From the human T2T-CHM13v2.0 reference genome, Homo sapiens: 64,000 bases of DNA. The notes below the pieces were generated by a model. That model ran no database searches. It was not told the origin of the DNA and worked only from the letters and a program-made list of their open reading frames with translations. Of this stretch, positions 46,749 to 62,270 are shown piece by piece. Both the position numbers and the translations under genes were made by a program. Location of the stretch: NCBI RefSeq assembly GCF_009914755.1, contig NC_060929.1, one strand, 5' to 3'. Numbering within the stretch: position 1 is the stretch's first letter; each line of letters opens with the position of its first letter.

Positions 46749-49700
46749 GCACCTTTCCAACATCAGATTTTCTGTCTATTTCCTACAAGGTTCCCTCTCC
46801 ACCCATGGCATCCAGACCCTAGAAAAACTCTTATTGTGCCCTAGGCTGCTCTACTTGGAATAGGACCCCACGGTCTGGACCCCAGTCTACTTGTTCATCT
46901 CATGAAAACTGGGTCTTTTTTATCACTTCCTCACGATCCTGCTATCATTTTCTGACTTCTAACCATCATATTGACTTCATCTGTCATTAAGACACACAGT
47001 ACTTTTTCTGTCATTTCTTTGCTAGAGATCCCCAATTATTTCCCTTTGGTCAGATGGAGTGCAGATATGCTAACCTGGCACTTGAAGCTCTCCCTGTTTT
47101 ACCAACCTTCTACTATTTTATTTTAGGTGATCTGTGATTAAGTTAAAACCAAATTATGAGTTTTTTCCAAATATATTTGCTTGTTTTCTCCCCTCTATAC
47201 CTTTTTGATTCAATTTCAAACCTATCACTGGACACTTCTCACACTTCAAAACTCAATATGAAGGCTGACTCTTCCATAAGCCTCCCTGTATTCGTTGCTT
47301 CTCTTATAAAACTCCTCTATTTTTGTATTTTATATTCATATTTGCTGTATTTTAAATACGTTTTCATATTTTCCTGTGAATAGATCAAAGTTAACACATT
47401 ATTTGTTTCAGATAAATTGCATTTTTAGGGATTTAGCTTGCATAACCACAAAACATGTTAATCTTGATGAATTCACATGGCAGACAAGAGTGTCGAATTA
47501 AAATTTGAGGTACATGTAGCTACTCAGCCTCTTTCAGCTTTCATACCCAGATCTCATAATCCATATGACTTTCTCAAAAATGGTCTACGAAAATTGCACA
47601 TCCAATTTTATAGCAGAGAAACTATAAAGTACTGGAAAAACACTATATATAGAAACAGTCAGAGAACTAATCATTTCTGGGGAGAGTCACTGTATGCAGC
47701 TCCGTCTCCCACTCCTGGTTTGGTACTCTAATCAAGTTATGTAATTCTACATTCCAATAATACACTTTAATTAACCTGATAAATACCTAACAAACTTAGT
47801 CTTTTGATTTGTCTGCATGAATTTTATATTCTCTCTGATTCCAAAGACTCATTGCATTAGATATATCAGGATGCTAAGGACACAATGCCACTCTGCTACT
47901 GTGAATTGTGCCATATAAATATTGCTCCCTTTTGTGTTGCCATTGTAATTCCGTAGCATATTTTTGTATCTCTAGATAAAGATCTGAATGTGCTTGTTGG
48001 GATGGATTGTTGATGGGGCAAAATAGATTTAAGAATCTTTGAGATATTATATTTATATTTTAATAAAATAATATCAAGAGCTACAAAGACTTTAAAATTC
48101 TCTATTCTTCTTTTATATAAGGTACATTTACTTAGATAAACCTTGGTTTTCTCTAAGAATCAGACAAAGAGTAAGACCATTTCAGCATTGTCACACACAA
48201 AAAAAAGAACCACTGAGGTGGGTCAAAGAAAAGTGTCCCTGAGGAACTATGACAGGGATGAGCTGGGCAGTCAGAATCCTGAAGTGTGAAACCTGAAACT
48301 CTTTCCCTAACTCAACCTAAGTTTTTGTTTGGAGCCATCATATTTCTTGGCAGAGGAAAATAGAATGTTGTTCTAAGAAATTCTAGTCACTCTCTTTCTA
48401 AAATAGCTTCAATGAGGTAAACAGTCAGTCAGCTTTACACATCATTATCTCACTCACTGCCCCCAGATTTCTCCCTGAGATTCCTCCATTTCTCCAGAGT
48501 CCTCCTTCTGAGAAGTTTGCTGTATAGCAAAGGGGCCAACACACCTTAGTCCTGTCTCCAAGGTGAGACACAGAGACCCAGCTCCGTAGCTGCTGCAAAG
48601 ATTTCTCATCTTTGATCCCAGGATACTGGCTCTTTCCTGTGGCCCATGAGGGGACTGATGGAGAACAACCACGGCCACCCTTCAGCCAACTGCACTGCAG
48701 GCAACTCTAGTGGCCAGAACCTGTACATAGTATGTACAGGAGTCTTTTTGTCCCCTGGGAAACCTATTGTAGCTGTTTGGGGCGGTGCATGGATAGCCAG
48801 CTCAGGCTTACTTTTAACCAATGAAAACTCACTCCTTCCTGTATGCATTTTATGGAAGTCTCCACTTGTATCCTCTCTTTTCCATTATTCCCTCTCTTTC
48901 CTTGGCTTTCTCTTTTTCCGCTGGAAATACAAAACATACTTTACAGATTTCATAGCTCTGCAAACTCAGCAAGTGAGTGTTAATTCCTTATATATAGAAT
49001 AACATCTTCATGTTAAAACAAGATTTTCTCTAGAGCCTTCTCCAACCAAGGAGAAGAAGAGGCAGAAATCCATGCCTGGTACCATCAGCTGCTTGCTAAA
49101 ACACAGTTTCCTAAACTTCCATCTTCTTCAGACTCAAAATCTCCTTGATCCCTTGCCATGTTTTACTTCCTTTGCAACACTGGATGTAATTAGAGTGTCA
49201 GACACCAGGGACCAGATAACATATGAGAATTAGTATCTATTGTTCTCAGCCATAAGCCTCCTTCCCCTACCCAATTCCTTCTAGCTTGGGACGAATGGAA
49301 GGAAAAGTCAAGCAGAAACTTAGGAAAAAAGAAATAGCCTCCTTCATGGAAATGTCATTTCACATTACTTTTTTTAAAAGCTTTATTCTTGTATAAAAAA
49401 AGTGCTATACTCTTTTCTATTTCATTTCTGTGATTATTAAATTTACTGTCTCAAGGTTGCTTCCACAAAACTATACCATTCCTTTCTTCCTTTTCCTTTA
49501 TTCTCTCCTTTCTTTCTTTCCTTTTTCTTTCTTTTTAACATTTCCTTTCCCATAATTTCCTTCAGATATGTTATTGACATAATCATAGCTATTGTCCCCT
49601 GTACATCCAAAGAAAGCAAAGCAAAGAAAAAATTCATTGCACTCAAAATCATTACTAGAAACTTTTAAAGCCCCAAAGATAATTTACTTATTATCAAGCA

Positions 49701-52096
49701 AGACCAATGTCCAACCCTGTTCTCATCTTCCTAACATGAGCAGAGCAAATCCTTCAGTTTTTACAAATTTGCCCAAAGCCTATTTTTTCATATATTTATC
49801 TTTCAAGGCTTAATTGATATATTTAAAATTCATTTTACCCAAGCATAAAGATGCTTGGCTAAGAGAACATATCTGTGGTTACAGGCTTTAATTAGAAAAA
49901 AAAGCCTGCAGGAAAAGTCTCATGGCACAACAACATTGTATGCAGGAACAGAGTGCATGGTTGGAAGATGGATTTCATCTTCCTACTGTAAACCTAAATA
50001 TTCAGGTGTTAAGAAGAATCTGAGAATGTGATGTTGTATCTTGCATCACTGAATGGAAACCACTGATTTCAGTTGAGTCAATAAGAGCAGACTAAGTGCA
50101 TTCCAAACACCAATTGTTCATAATGATATTAATTATTATTATAACTATTGCCATCCACAATAAAAGAGAATGATAACTAAAATTAAAGTTGCTCAAGATC
50201 CCAGAAAATAGACATAAATTGCTCACATGTCATTGTATATAATTTAATTAAAACAAGATATATGTTCTTGTCAAGCAGATATGAGGAGTGTGTCAGCCCT
50301 GCATCTTAGTAACTCTATGACATTGGAAAATGTCCTTTAGTATTGATGCTTCAGTTTTCTCTTCCTCAGTTTACATGTTAACAACATCATTGTGTCATGG
50401 TAAGAAATAAATGAGATTGTTTATATAAAGTACTAAAAAGTGCCTGGCACAAAAGTGCTCAATAGATGTCAACTATGTTAGACTAGTCTCTCTTGTAAAA
50501 TTCAAGATGAGTTATTAACTAGAAGGTTCTAAACTGAAGCTGCAAGAAAAAAAATATAATTCTTCAAAGAAGACAATGAATGACAAAAAGCCGCTTGACA
50601 GAGCAATTCTAACTACTTTGGGTTTTCATAGTGACACTTTGAAATTATTGTCTTCATAAAGAAATGTGTTATGCTAAGTATCTAAAGAAAATAGAATAAT
50701 CAAGAGAATTTGCAAGACTTTTGCCATTAACCAATTCCTTTTGTGAGACTGAATGTCAAAACATGAAAAGTAAACCAGTATTGTAATTAATATAAAAATC
50801 TAGATAGAATATCCTTTGGTGCAACAAAGAATATGGCATTAATGGAATAGGTTTTAAAAAAAAGCAGGTTAAAATGATATGACCTGGATATGGTCTGTAT
50901 TTAATTTCAGTTGTGAACACATTCTTAAAGATAATTCACACGGTGAATGAAAAGAATCAAGCACTTGAAAACAAGCTAAGCAGGAAGAAAATTAACATAT
51001 TTTAGGGCTAGCTGTAATCATCACAATGAAATGTCTTAAATCTTGTATTTGTTCATTAGAATACAACTTAGCAGTACAGCCTTAAGTACATTATACTAAT
51101 ATTAGATTGGTCCCTTGTCTCTAGGCCTAAAAATTACATGAAAGGGTACTCTTTGTGATGACTGTATCAAGATTTATTTTTTTCTTGAGTCCTAAACTTG
51201 GGTCCTTCATTTATAATTTATGTGACTGACATAGCATTTGCCTTTCAGAGATTATATTATACATTTTTAAAGCAAGTGACTTCATTCTGTTTTAAGAGAA
51301 TGTACTTGGCATTAAACAGTGCATGAGCTACTTTTATCAGAAGTACTGTTTTGTTTGTTCTATGTGTTTGAAATTCAGTAGAGTACACAGATAGTAACAT
51401 ATGTTTTTCAACTCAGTTTAAATAGAAAATCATGCCTAACTGACCACATTATCACCCTGTGGCTTTCTGGTATACATCATATCCAGAGAGAAGTTCTTTT
51501 TCTCAAATTCCAGTAAAAATTGTGGCACTAAACTATCTTAGTTCTTTTGCATTTATGCATTTGAAGTGTGATGCATTTTGTTCTCTAAGTGCTATAGTAA
51601 GCAACTGCTGTTCTGAACATGTTTTGTTGTAATTATTTTTAAGCACCAGAGACATTATAGGAAATATATAACACAGATATGAGAATTATTTTTCTTTCAA
51701 ATATCCAGAATTCTTGTGCTCGATGTCTTAATTCACCTGAAAGTTCATAACAGAATATTCTATGTAAATGTTTGTATAGCTGACCTTATGGAAAGCAGGT
51801 CACTTAGTGTCATTAGAGTAACATACTAATGACACAAAAGTGGCAGATTAATCTTCTTTCACACATCCTACTTTTGCCAGTGCCCAAAGTTCAACGGTTT
51901 TAAGATTACAATTTTAAAATCAACTAGTTGTTTTCCAAATATACTACATCGATTTAAAAGGGAAGACCCAACCCACCACCACTCAATGTGTAACACACTG
52001 GATCAGTTCAAATCAGTGTGCAGTTGTGGATTTTGTATTTTTAGAATACAGACTCTAATTATCTCTGAAAGCTGAGCAATTCATTTGTAGGGGGAA

Positions 52097-52446
<350 letters not shown>

Positions 52447-54371
52447 TCAAATATTCATGGGAGTCTTTACTGAAAAAAACAAGGCATCATTTAGCATAAT
52501 CTTTCAATTATTTGTTTCTATGGGTGAGGGGAGGGTAAAATGTAGTAAGAAGGTTCTATGTTGTTTACAGTCCAAAGACATACAAATTCTACCTGGTGAA
52601 GGAACAGTCTGACACCAAAAAACACAGTTTAGCTAACAAAATAAAACTATAACAGAAGGCAACTTAGTATCTATTTATACATTGATTTCAGCATTACTTT
52701 TCTATGTGTATGTGTGTATACACCTTTAAATTAGAATCAGTTGTAACATCTTATTAGTTCCCTTATTAATGAATATGTTAAAATTGCCACCTCCTATTTA
52801 TATTTGTATGAGAATCATGATTTTCCATTTAAAACCTATATCCTTTAAAAATTACTTTCTCTGAGCCCAAGCTTGCTTTATCTATCATTTGGGAATGATA
52901 ATAACACCTAACCCATGGTATTTAAAGAACCGAATGCTTTTAAGGTTTGTAAAGTTTCTAGTTCCCCGTTGGCAATGATCAGACATTGAAAAATAGTTAC
53001 TAATAGTTTTCTTCTCTCCGATGAATGCCTTTACTCTGTTTTATTAAACCAATCTTTAATAAGTTTCCTTTGTATGGCCATCCTCCATGAACTGAATCCC
53101 CCCAGAACTGAACCCTTCCATCCTCTTAGCTTCTGTTGCAATTTCTACCACATCACAATAACTTGCTTAGGTATCTGCCTTTCCTAGTATATTGTATCCC
53201 ACTTGTGGACAGAGATAAGACAATGTCTCCTTTTTCAAAAACTTGTTCCATGGGCTATACACGTATCATGTCTTACATGTTAATTCAATGGAATGGCAAA
53301 ATGACAGAAAATAAATAATCAGAGCGAAACAAACATTTCTCTACCTCCAACTTCATCCACTGTGACCCTATGACCGCACCCTTCCGCCACCCATCCCTCA
53401 TTCTTAGGGATCTTTTCACTATCATGTTTGCCTTCTGTCTTTTATTTTCAGTCCATTAGATCACTACTTCAGCATTTATGTGCTTTTCTTTTCTGTCTTT
53501 AGAAAAAAAAAAGAAATAAAAACCACTTTCTGGGGAATCAACTCAATTTTCTAGCTGAGTATCATTTTATCACCTTCTTTCCCTTACAATCATCCTTTCC
53601 AATGGTTGTTCATATTTACTGTTCATTGCATTTTATATTCTCTGACATCTGGTTTCTGCTTATAACCATAGAGTTATCCCAAGGCCATCTATGACATCTA
53701 CATTGGCCTATATTATAATAGGACTCTCAGCAGCATTCAGCATTGTGAAAAATGAGAAACACCCTTCCCTCTTGGCTCCTGGGTGTCATTTCACAAATTT
53801 CCCCCAACTTTATTGAGAGCCTCTTCTTAGTCTTCATTGCTTCCTCATACTTTTCCTCCCATGTTTAAATATGCTCAGGCACATTTCTGAGACCTCTTCA
53901 CATTTTACTCTAGATACTCTTTCTGCAAGATCTCACTCTCAGTGATAGCTTTAATAACCATCTAAAATCTCATCCAAGTCATTAGTTCTCAACTTTATAC
54001 ATTAACATCACTTAGGATGTGCCAATACTGTACCTATAAGTTATCAGTATTACATGGGGTTTCTAGATCTTTATGAAGTATACCAATGACTCTAATGTGC
54101 AAACAAATCTGAGAATCCCTGGTATAGGTGATTATCTACACTAATGGCTTGTTACCATTTATATATTTTTAAAGTATCATTTATCATTTAAAAATTATAT
54201 TATTCCCAATAGTCTTTACATATACTCTTGAATATTTTACCCAACTCTCTAACTACAAACTTAAATTCAGCTGCAAACAAGTGGGTAACAACAAGGGACC
54301 TATGATTAGAGGAAAAAAGTCTGACTGAATCAAATCATTTGGCAATGTAGATGGAATTTTTAAAATATTAA

Positions 54372-54684
<313 letters not shown>

Positions 54685-55406
54685 ACATATTTACATTATT
54701 TAAGTTTTGAAACTGAATGTAAATATATGTTACAGTTTTAAAAAATAATTGCACGATCTAGTTAACAACTACTTTCTGTAAATGACAGAGAGTGTCATAG
54801 ACGGGTGAATGTACTGTGACCCTTGTTAAAACACACTGTGTTAAGTGTATTTACCACACGGTTACATGTACGATTGATATTCTATTTGCAGATATGTAGC
54901 TATAATTACTTTTTAAATTAAAATTCAGGGAGCTATAACTATGTATTATAAACTTATATTTTTGGTAAAGATAGATCATATTAAACCTGTGAAAGAAAAT
55001 TGAATATTGCGACCCCAAACTCATTATGCCAAAGGGAAAGTTCAGCTTGGGAACTGAGTCATACAAAAACTGCTTTCTTTTAGTTCCTAAACACATAGCT
55101 GTAATTTCACAACTTGTATCATAGCCTCATTTCCTCTACTCTCTCTTGCTTACTTATCTTATGTAAAATGTAGATTTACGGAGCAAATGACAGTGCCTAA
55201 TTGACTTTTTCGTCTGCTTCCTCTTTCACTTCTAAAAAGTAGATTTACTATGGCAAAACAGAGCCTCACGAGAATGTAACCATCTGCCTCATTGCCTACT
55301 ATCTCTCCCTCTTTTTTCCCTCCTGCTTGCTCTTGCTCCTTTAAATACCGAAGTTCACAAAAGCCCGTTTGGAAAAAGCACAGGTCACAGATGCTTCTGT
55401 GGCTCC

Positions 55407-56315
55407 TCAGACACTCTTCCAGTTCTGAGAATATAGCAGTGACCAACACAAATAACAGTTCCTATCCATCCAAGTGAAAAGACTCTGAAAAATAATCAAA
55501 CAAAGAAGTTGAAGTATGCATATTTTCAGATGCTGATAAAAAAAATAAAGCTAAGGTATCCCTGGGACTTAGAAAGTAATAGGACAGTGAAAGTCTTAGA
55601 AATGTCCTCATTGGGAATGTGACCTTAGAGAAAAGTTCTGGGAGGGCAAGGTGGGAGGATCACTAGAGGCCGGGAGTTCAAGACTGCCCTGGGCAACAGA
55701 GCAAGACCCTGTCTCTACAAAAATAATAACAATAATAACAATACAATAATATTAATAAAGTTGAGATAAAAGAAAAAGTCTGAAGGAAATAACAGTGATA
55801 ACTATGTGAATATGTGGGGTTTTTATAGCTGGCAAAGGAAACAAATGCAAAAGTCCTGGGGAATAGAGACTTAGCATGTTAGAAAATAAGAAGTCCACCT
55901 TGCTACGGAGAAATAAGAGAAGAGTGATGAAGCATCAAGCAGGAGGCATAATGAGGGAGGAAGGAAGCCTTTAGGGGCTTTGTGGGACTTAGGTTTTGAC
56001 TCTGTATGATGTGATGACACGTTATGGGAGGTTTGAATGAGGTTCATTCTGCCTAGCACAAGATCAGGAAACCAAAGAGAAGACTCAAAAAGCCCAGTAA
56101 GGAAGGTATCAACCGTATCCAGGTGAGAAGGGATGAAGGCATTGACCAAAGTAGCTGTTGCATCATTGAGAAAGACCAATTTTCACTGTTTTGCAGACAG
56201 AAATAACAGCATGTCCTGCTGGATCTAATCATGTTGAGAGTAAAAGAGAGGAGTCTGGAGTATCTGACAAGATGAAAGAATCGGGTTGTGCTTTATTGAG
56301 GTGTTGGAGAAGCCA

Positions 56316-56369
<54 letters not shown>

Positions 56370-56474
56370 TATATGTGTTGGGGAGAATTAGGAGAATTTC
56401 TTTTAATAAATTTAAAATATTATTAGATATAAAAGTCTCTAATGTGGACTATTCTTCCTTCACCCCATAAACAG
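55407..56474 (-). repeat. Left arm of ~1.1 kb inverted duplication (derived copy; contains L2, an Alu monomer and (TG)n(AG)n)
   Basis: Reverse complement of 62448-63574; ORF track shows matching peptide pairs (55871-56179 vs 62769-63014; 56191-56391 vs 62565-62825). Confidence 0.97.
55637..55760 (+). mobile_element. Alu left monomer (FLAM-like); mirrored at ~63222-63347 on the minus strand
   Basis: GGGAGGGCAAGGTGGGAGGATCACTAGAGGCCGGGAGTTCAAGAC...CCCTGTCTCTACAAAAA with an AAT-rich tail. Confidence 0.8.
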
Positions 56475-56550
56475 CCTACTCCTCATCTTTGGCTAAATAA
56501 ACCTCTACTCCATTGAGACCTGCCTCAATCACTTTTTGATTCCCATACCG

Positions 56551-56828
<278 letters not shown>

Positions 56829-57318
56829 CCCCCCAAAAACCAATTTTGCGACTATTAAAAATAAACAATATTAGCTATTTACTTGAACCTCTAAATCAGG
56901 TTTATCCTTACAAGCATGAACTGTTTTAATATCCAACTCCCCAAAACAAAGGAGCTAATAGCTATAAACCATTCCTGAGGGCTTCAATGAGGAGTTGCAA
57001 ATGAACTGGGCCTTAAATAATGCAGGTCAGCCAGAGAGACAGTAAGTGCAAAGAGTTATATGGGAGGAACAAAGAGAATGAACGAAGGCACGCAGATAAC
57101 ACATCACTATTGATCTATTTCTTTTGAAGTTTTATTGAATTTTAGGTAGTTCCAATATTTGCATTTTAAAACTTTCAATTTATGAAAGTTTCTGTTTGAT
57201 CAAACTAGACATGGCCAAATATTAAAAGGAACAAGTGATAATAAATTAAATATTGTCTTAAATATTCCACAAAATAACCTATGGAAAAAAATGCTGATAA
57301 AGAGTCAGCCTTAAATGG

Positions 57319-57642
<324 letters not shown>

Positions 57643-58140
57643 TTAATTTTAGTCTGTGTACATACTATAATGTTATCAGAGAAGTAATTCATGATATTTC
57701 AGAAAGATACATGTATTTCAGATAACACATGCCATTGAAACCTAATCTAGAGTGGATTCTGGATACTTTAGTACAGTAATATTTTCTAAGATTAATTACA
57801 TTTTTCCTAGAGAGAAGTCTTATTTAGGAAAAATAAAATTCAGATACAAATAATGAAAAATAGTTATGTGTTACCAACCCCCAAATCAAAAGAAATTTAA
57901 AATAAAGTAAAAAATATATGTTTTATCATAAGTCTGTATTTTTGTTGTACTATCGAAGAATTTACTTCTACAAAAGCAAAATTATCTTTTTTTAGTTGCT
58001 TATATGTATTATTAGACTTTTTTCCAATGGAAAATTTGAATCTATTGCTGAAATTGCTGTCTTAGGTAATTCAATTAAACGATTAAAGGTAAATTTTTTG
58101 AAGACAGTTGCTATATAATAGGATGATTGAACACTCTATT

Positions 58141-58843
58141 TGATACAGTAGGTAGCTAGTTAGACATGAGCAGGACAAGAGAGGGACCCCTGCCACCAGT
58201 AATATCAGGGGACCATCAGGTGATGGTCAGGAGGTTGTTAAACTGGCTCTCTAAAATAATAATTGGTCCCAGCTGGTGCCAGGGAAAGGCGGTCTTCCAA
58301 TAGATAGAAACACCTAAAGTTGGTGATCAGCAGCTTCCCAATAAGATCTCTGGAGTTAGGCGAGTGGGCTCATGCATGCACAGTAACAGACAAAAATGGC
58401 AGAGTTTAACTGGTATATGACCTTCTAGCAACATTTGATTGGTAGGTAAAGAACACCTCAAGTGAGCATGCTTAGAACCTCCCTAAACACACTGCGCATG
58501 TGGCCCCTTCCAAGTACTGGCAGGCCACTGTGCATGCGGACAGCCCACACCAAGGGAAGAATCAGGCGAGAAGGGATGCAAGACCCCAGAAGCATGCCAA
58601 CATATTAAACCCCAAGTCAAAGGTCAAGCCAGGCACTTGATCTCTCAAGTCACCAGCTTGGCCGTCTGCCAAGTGTATTTTACTTCTGTTCATTCCTGCT
58701 ATAAAGCTTTTTAATAAACTTTCACTCGTGCTTGAAAACTTGCCTCAGTCTCTTCTGCCTTATGTCCCCCAAACAAATTCTTTCTTCTGAGGAGGCAAGA
58801 ATTGAGCTTGCTGTAGACCCATATGTATTTGCTACTGGTAACA
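58141..58843 (+). mobile_element. ERV1 solo LTR (MER50-like)
   Basis: TG...CA termini; GTAGGTAGCTAGTTAGACATGAGCAGG start; TATTAAA and AATAAA signals; TTCTTTCTTCTGAGGAGGCAAGAATTGAG; flanks TATT / CATT. Confidence 0.8.
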
Positions 58844-59201
58844 CATTCAGAAGTGAAGTATTAGTTTCCTAAAGAGTTCTCCACAGTGCATTTCATGAGA
58901 AAGTATTATTAATTTGCATTTGAGCTAGAGATAAGAATTAAGAATGGGGATAGGGAAAATATTAGTTGTAGAAGATTAATGATAGATCTATGTTTTCTTT
59001 AACCTCTGTCTACCCTTTGGGAAATTCAGGACTAGTAGTATAAAGACCTGAATCTCTACAATTTGAATGTTTATCTTGTTTATTTGACCTTTTTGCATAA
59101 CAATATGTAGTACCTATATGATAAATGACTCTTGTTATTTTCCCCTCCCTTCCTTCCTCCTACCCTTCATTCCTTTCTTCTTTCTTTTCTTTAGGTCCCT
59201 C

Positions 59202-59288
59202 CAAGACTTCGCTTCTCACCATGATTCTGACATTGATATGAAAACACACAAGATTTCACTTCTCACCATGATTCTGACACTGATATGA
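59202..59288. repeat. Two-copy tandem duplication, period 47 bp
   Basis: CAAGACTTCGCTTCTCACCATGATTCTGACATTGATATGA at 59202 and CAAGATTTCACTTCTCACCATGATTCTGACACTGATATGA at 59249. Confidence 0.92.
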
Positions 59289-60357
59289 TCACTGAATGAC
59301 CGTTTTCAGCAATTCGGGCCTATAAAAGTGTGAAATAGATTTTTTTTGAAAGTCCTATTGTATATTCAAAATTCTGTAACACTAGTGGTTTTCTTCACCT
59401 TGTAGCTTATTATGATAAGCACTAATTTTGACTCTGACATTTCAACAGGAGCACTTAGTTATAGACAACCAGGAATGTTCAAGAATGACTCAGGAGTATT
59501 TTATTGACAAGGTAATCTTTGAGACCAGGGGGTCCTCCTCCCCCCAGCTGGAGGAATTACACCTGGGCCCAACTTCCTGAAGTCTCAAGGTGGAATATAT
59601 CTGGTATTCTTTGTAACATATTTCAATATTCAGTAGCCAAGTTCAGGCTATTTCGTGCCCAAATATATATTGTTTTTCTCTTATTTATAAGAACAGTATT
59701 AAACTGTCCCTATAATATTAGAAAAGAGAAGAAGGGTCTCTTCACTGGAAGAGAAGATTACAGAGTGTTCAGCCTTAAGTGTTTTCAGGTATGCTTCAAG
59801 TCAAGCATGCTTCTCTAAAGGTGATTTAGACAATGAGGTTCACAGGCAAGTAAGCCCTTCTGCCTACAAGTTGTGGCCTGTTTTGAAGATTGTTTTTGTT
59901 TAGCCAAGCCCTTTATGTGGCATACTTATCTGAGCTTACTTCTAAACACAATTAGTTGATGTCTATAAAAAAAATTTGAACTCGATCATTCCTGGAAACT
60001 TATTTAAAATGTAAATATATAACTGGAATTCTTATTCAAAAGTTATGTACTTCTTCATATTTGGTCCCAATAAGAGCAGGGTATTTGTTATGTTTTACTC
60101 TCAGAATTGACACAACTTATTTCCATCTTCCACTACCCTCAGTTTCTTTAACTATATCATCTACTTTGTCTTTTCACAATTCTTAAGTGAGATTATTGAT
60201 TTTTCTTTTTACTTCTTGTCAACTCTTTGCTGGTAAGAATAGACATATAAAATCATTCTTGTAATAAAAGGTCATTCCTGGTGAACGCTTAAGTCTGGGC
60301 TTCTCTGTGACAATGGTCCTATTACTTAAGAAAAGTAAGCCACCAAACTTGGTGAAA

Positions 60358-60944
60358 CAGTAAGACCTCACTGAATGCTATGGACAGGTTTTTGGACACT
60401 GTGACTTTAAGTGAAACAATGTATAATGAAACTCTATACCATAAGCTAATTGTTACAAAGAAGAGTTGAGTACCTAAAACATATTTCTAGTAACAAAAAT
60501 GTCATTAAATTCCTAGATTAACAACAAAACAATTCTAATATTAAATATTGAAAGAAATTTGAACTATACCTACATTTCATAAAAACTTATAAAAACAAGA
60601 TAATTATTTACCCAATTGTGCCAGTTCAGGGTTACGGGTGGCTGAAAAGTCTTCTGAAAACTTTGGGTGAAAGGAGGGGAAAGAGCCCTGGACTGGACAC
60701 CATCCCATCACGGAGCACACTCACATACACACCCACACTCATGTAGACTGGGATATTTTAAACATGCTAGTTCACCTAATGTGCATAGCTTTGCGATACA
60801 GGAGAAAGCCATAGCTTCCAGAGAAAAGCCACACAGACATGGAGAGAACATGCAAACTCCACACTGATAAGGAACTTTTTTTTTCCTCATCAATGTTGAG
60901 GCAAAACAATATTGAACAAAACAATATTATTGGAGGACCTGCTG
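60358..60944 (-). mobile_element. TcMar-Tigger DNA transposon (MER6A-like)
   Basis: Termini CAGTAAGACCTCA ... GAGGACCTGCTG followed by TA; internal GGAGAGAACATGCAAACTCCACAC. Confidence 0.75.
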
Positions 60945-61065
60945 TACCTCTATATAATAGATATGAGAATTTATCTCAAGGGATACAACCAGAACAACAT
61001 TGATAGGAAGTTTATTGGTGTGTGGGCACACACACAGGTATATGGGATCAAAATATTTTTCATGT

Positions 61066-61412
<347 letters not shown>

Positions 61413-61968
61413 TATATCTTTCATGTTTATAAAGGTAATCTTTGCCTTGTTGATATTATGAACAATTTCATTCCTCAATTCAAATGAGAAAAGTGAGATC
61501 AAAAGACAAATGCTTAAATATTTTAAGAATTTAACCGGCATCGATTGTGCTATTTGCTACAGTGTTATGCAGCAATTTGTACACCTTGACTCCAAAATAG
61601 TTCATTTCCACCTGGAAGCATTATCTTTTCTAGCCCAGCAGCATCTTACTGGAGGCATCACTTTGTAAGGTAAAACTTATAGATGTAAATAATTCATAAG
61701 AAAAATTTAAAGATGAGTTTGAAGGGCTAAAAAGACATGTTATTCCTATCATAAGTAACTATTTAATTTATAAAATTGCAATTTTTGATGAGCAAAGATG
61801 TTAAATGAATTTAAAAGATAAACGTTTGGGGTCATGTTTTGGAATATCTTGAATGCCAAGAGAGGGAATGAGTAGAGGAAGAAGAAGGAAAATCTCTGAA
61901 CATCTTTGATATGGATAATAAAATAGTCATTACTGTATTTTAAATGTATAAATCTGACTTGAATTCTT

Positions 61969-62270
61969 TTTTTTTTTTTTTTTTTTGAGACGGAGTCTCG
62001 CTGTCGCCCAGGCTGGAGTGCAGTGGCGCAATCTCGGCTCACTGCAGGCTCCGCCCCCTGGGGTTCACGCCATTCTCCTGCCTCAGCCTCCCGAGTAGCT
62101 GGGACTACAGGCGCCCGCCACCTCGCCCGGCTAATTTTTTTTTTGTATTTTTAGTAGAGACGGGGTTTCACCGTGTTAGCCAGGATGGTCTCGATCTCCT
62201 GACCTCGTGATCCGCCCGCCTCGGCCTCCCAAAGTGCTGGGATTACAGGCGTGAGCCACCGCGCCCGGCC
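61969..62270 (-). mobile_element. Very young AluY (AluYe5-like)
   Basis: TCTCGCTGTCGCC (2-nt deletion), CTGCAGGCTCCGCCCCC, CCACCTCGCCC; CpGs nearly all intact; perfect TSD TGACTTGAATTCTT at 61955 and 62271. Confidence 0.93.

Larger units (their letters stand above)
54988..56545 (+). mobile_element. ERV1 solo LTR (MER4-group) split into 54988-55406 and 56475-56545 by an inserted duplicate
   Basis: TGTGAAAGAAAAT...GACCCCAAACTCATTATGCCAAAGGGAAAG...GGAAAAAGCACAGGTCACAGAT; resumes as CCTCATCTTTGGCTAAATAAACCTCTA...TTGAGACCTGCCTCA...CA; flanks AACC / TACC. Confidence 0.8.

Noticed and set aside
48454-49002. Cluster of ORFs, a possible minus-strand exon and a 21-bp palindrome (48720-48740)
   Set aside because: No recognisable protein, weak acceptor tract; the palindrome spacing does not fit a steroid response element and one such palindrome is plausible by chance
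59202-59288. Repeat-spacer-repeat pattern resembling CRISPR
   Set aside because: Only two copies with a 7-bp spacer in eukaryotic DNA and no cas genes; simple tandem duplication
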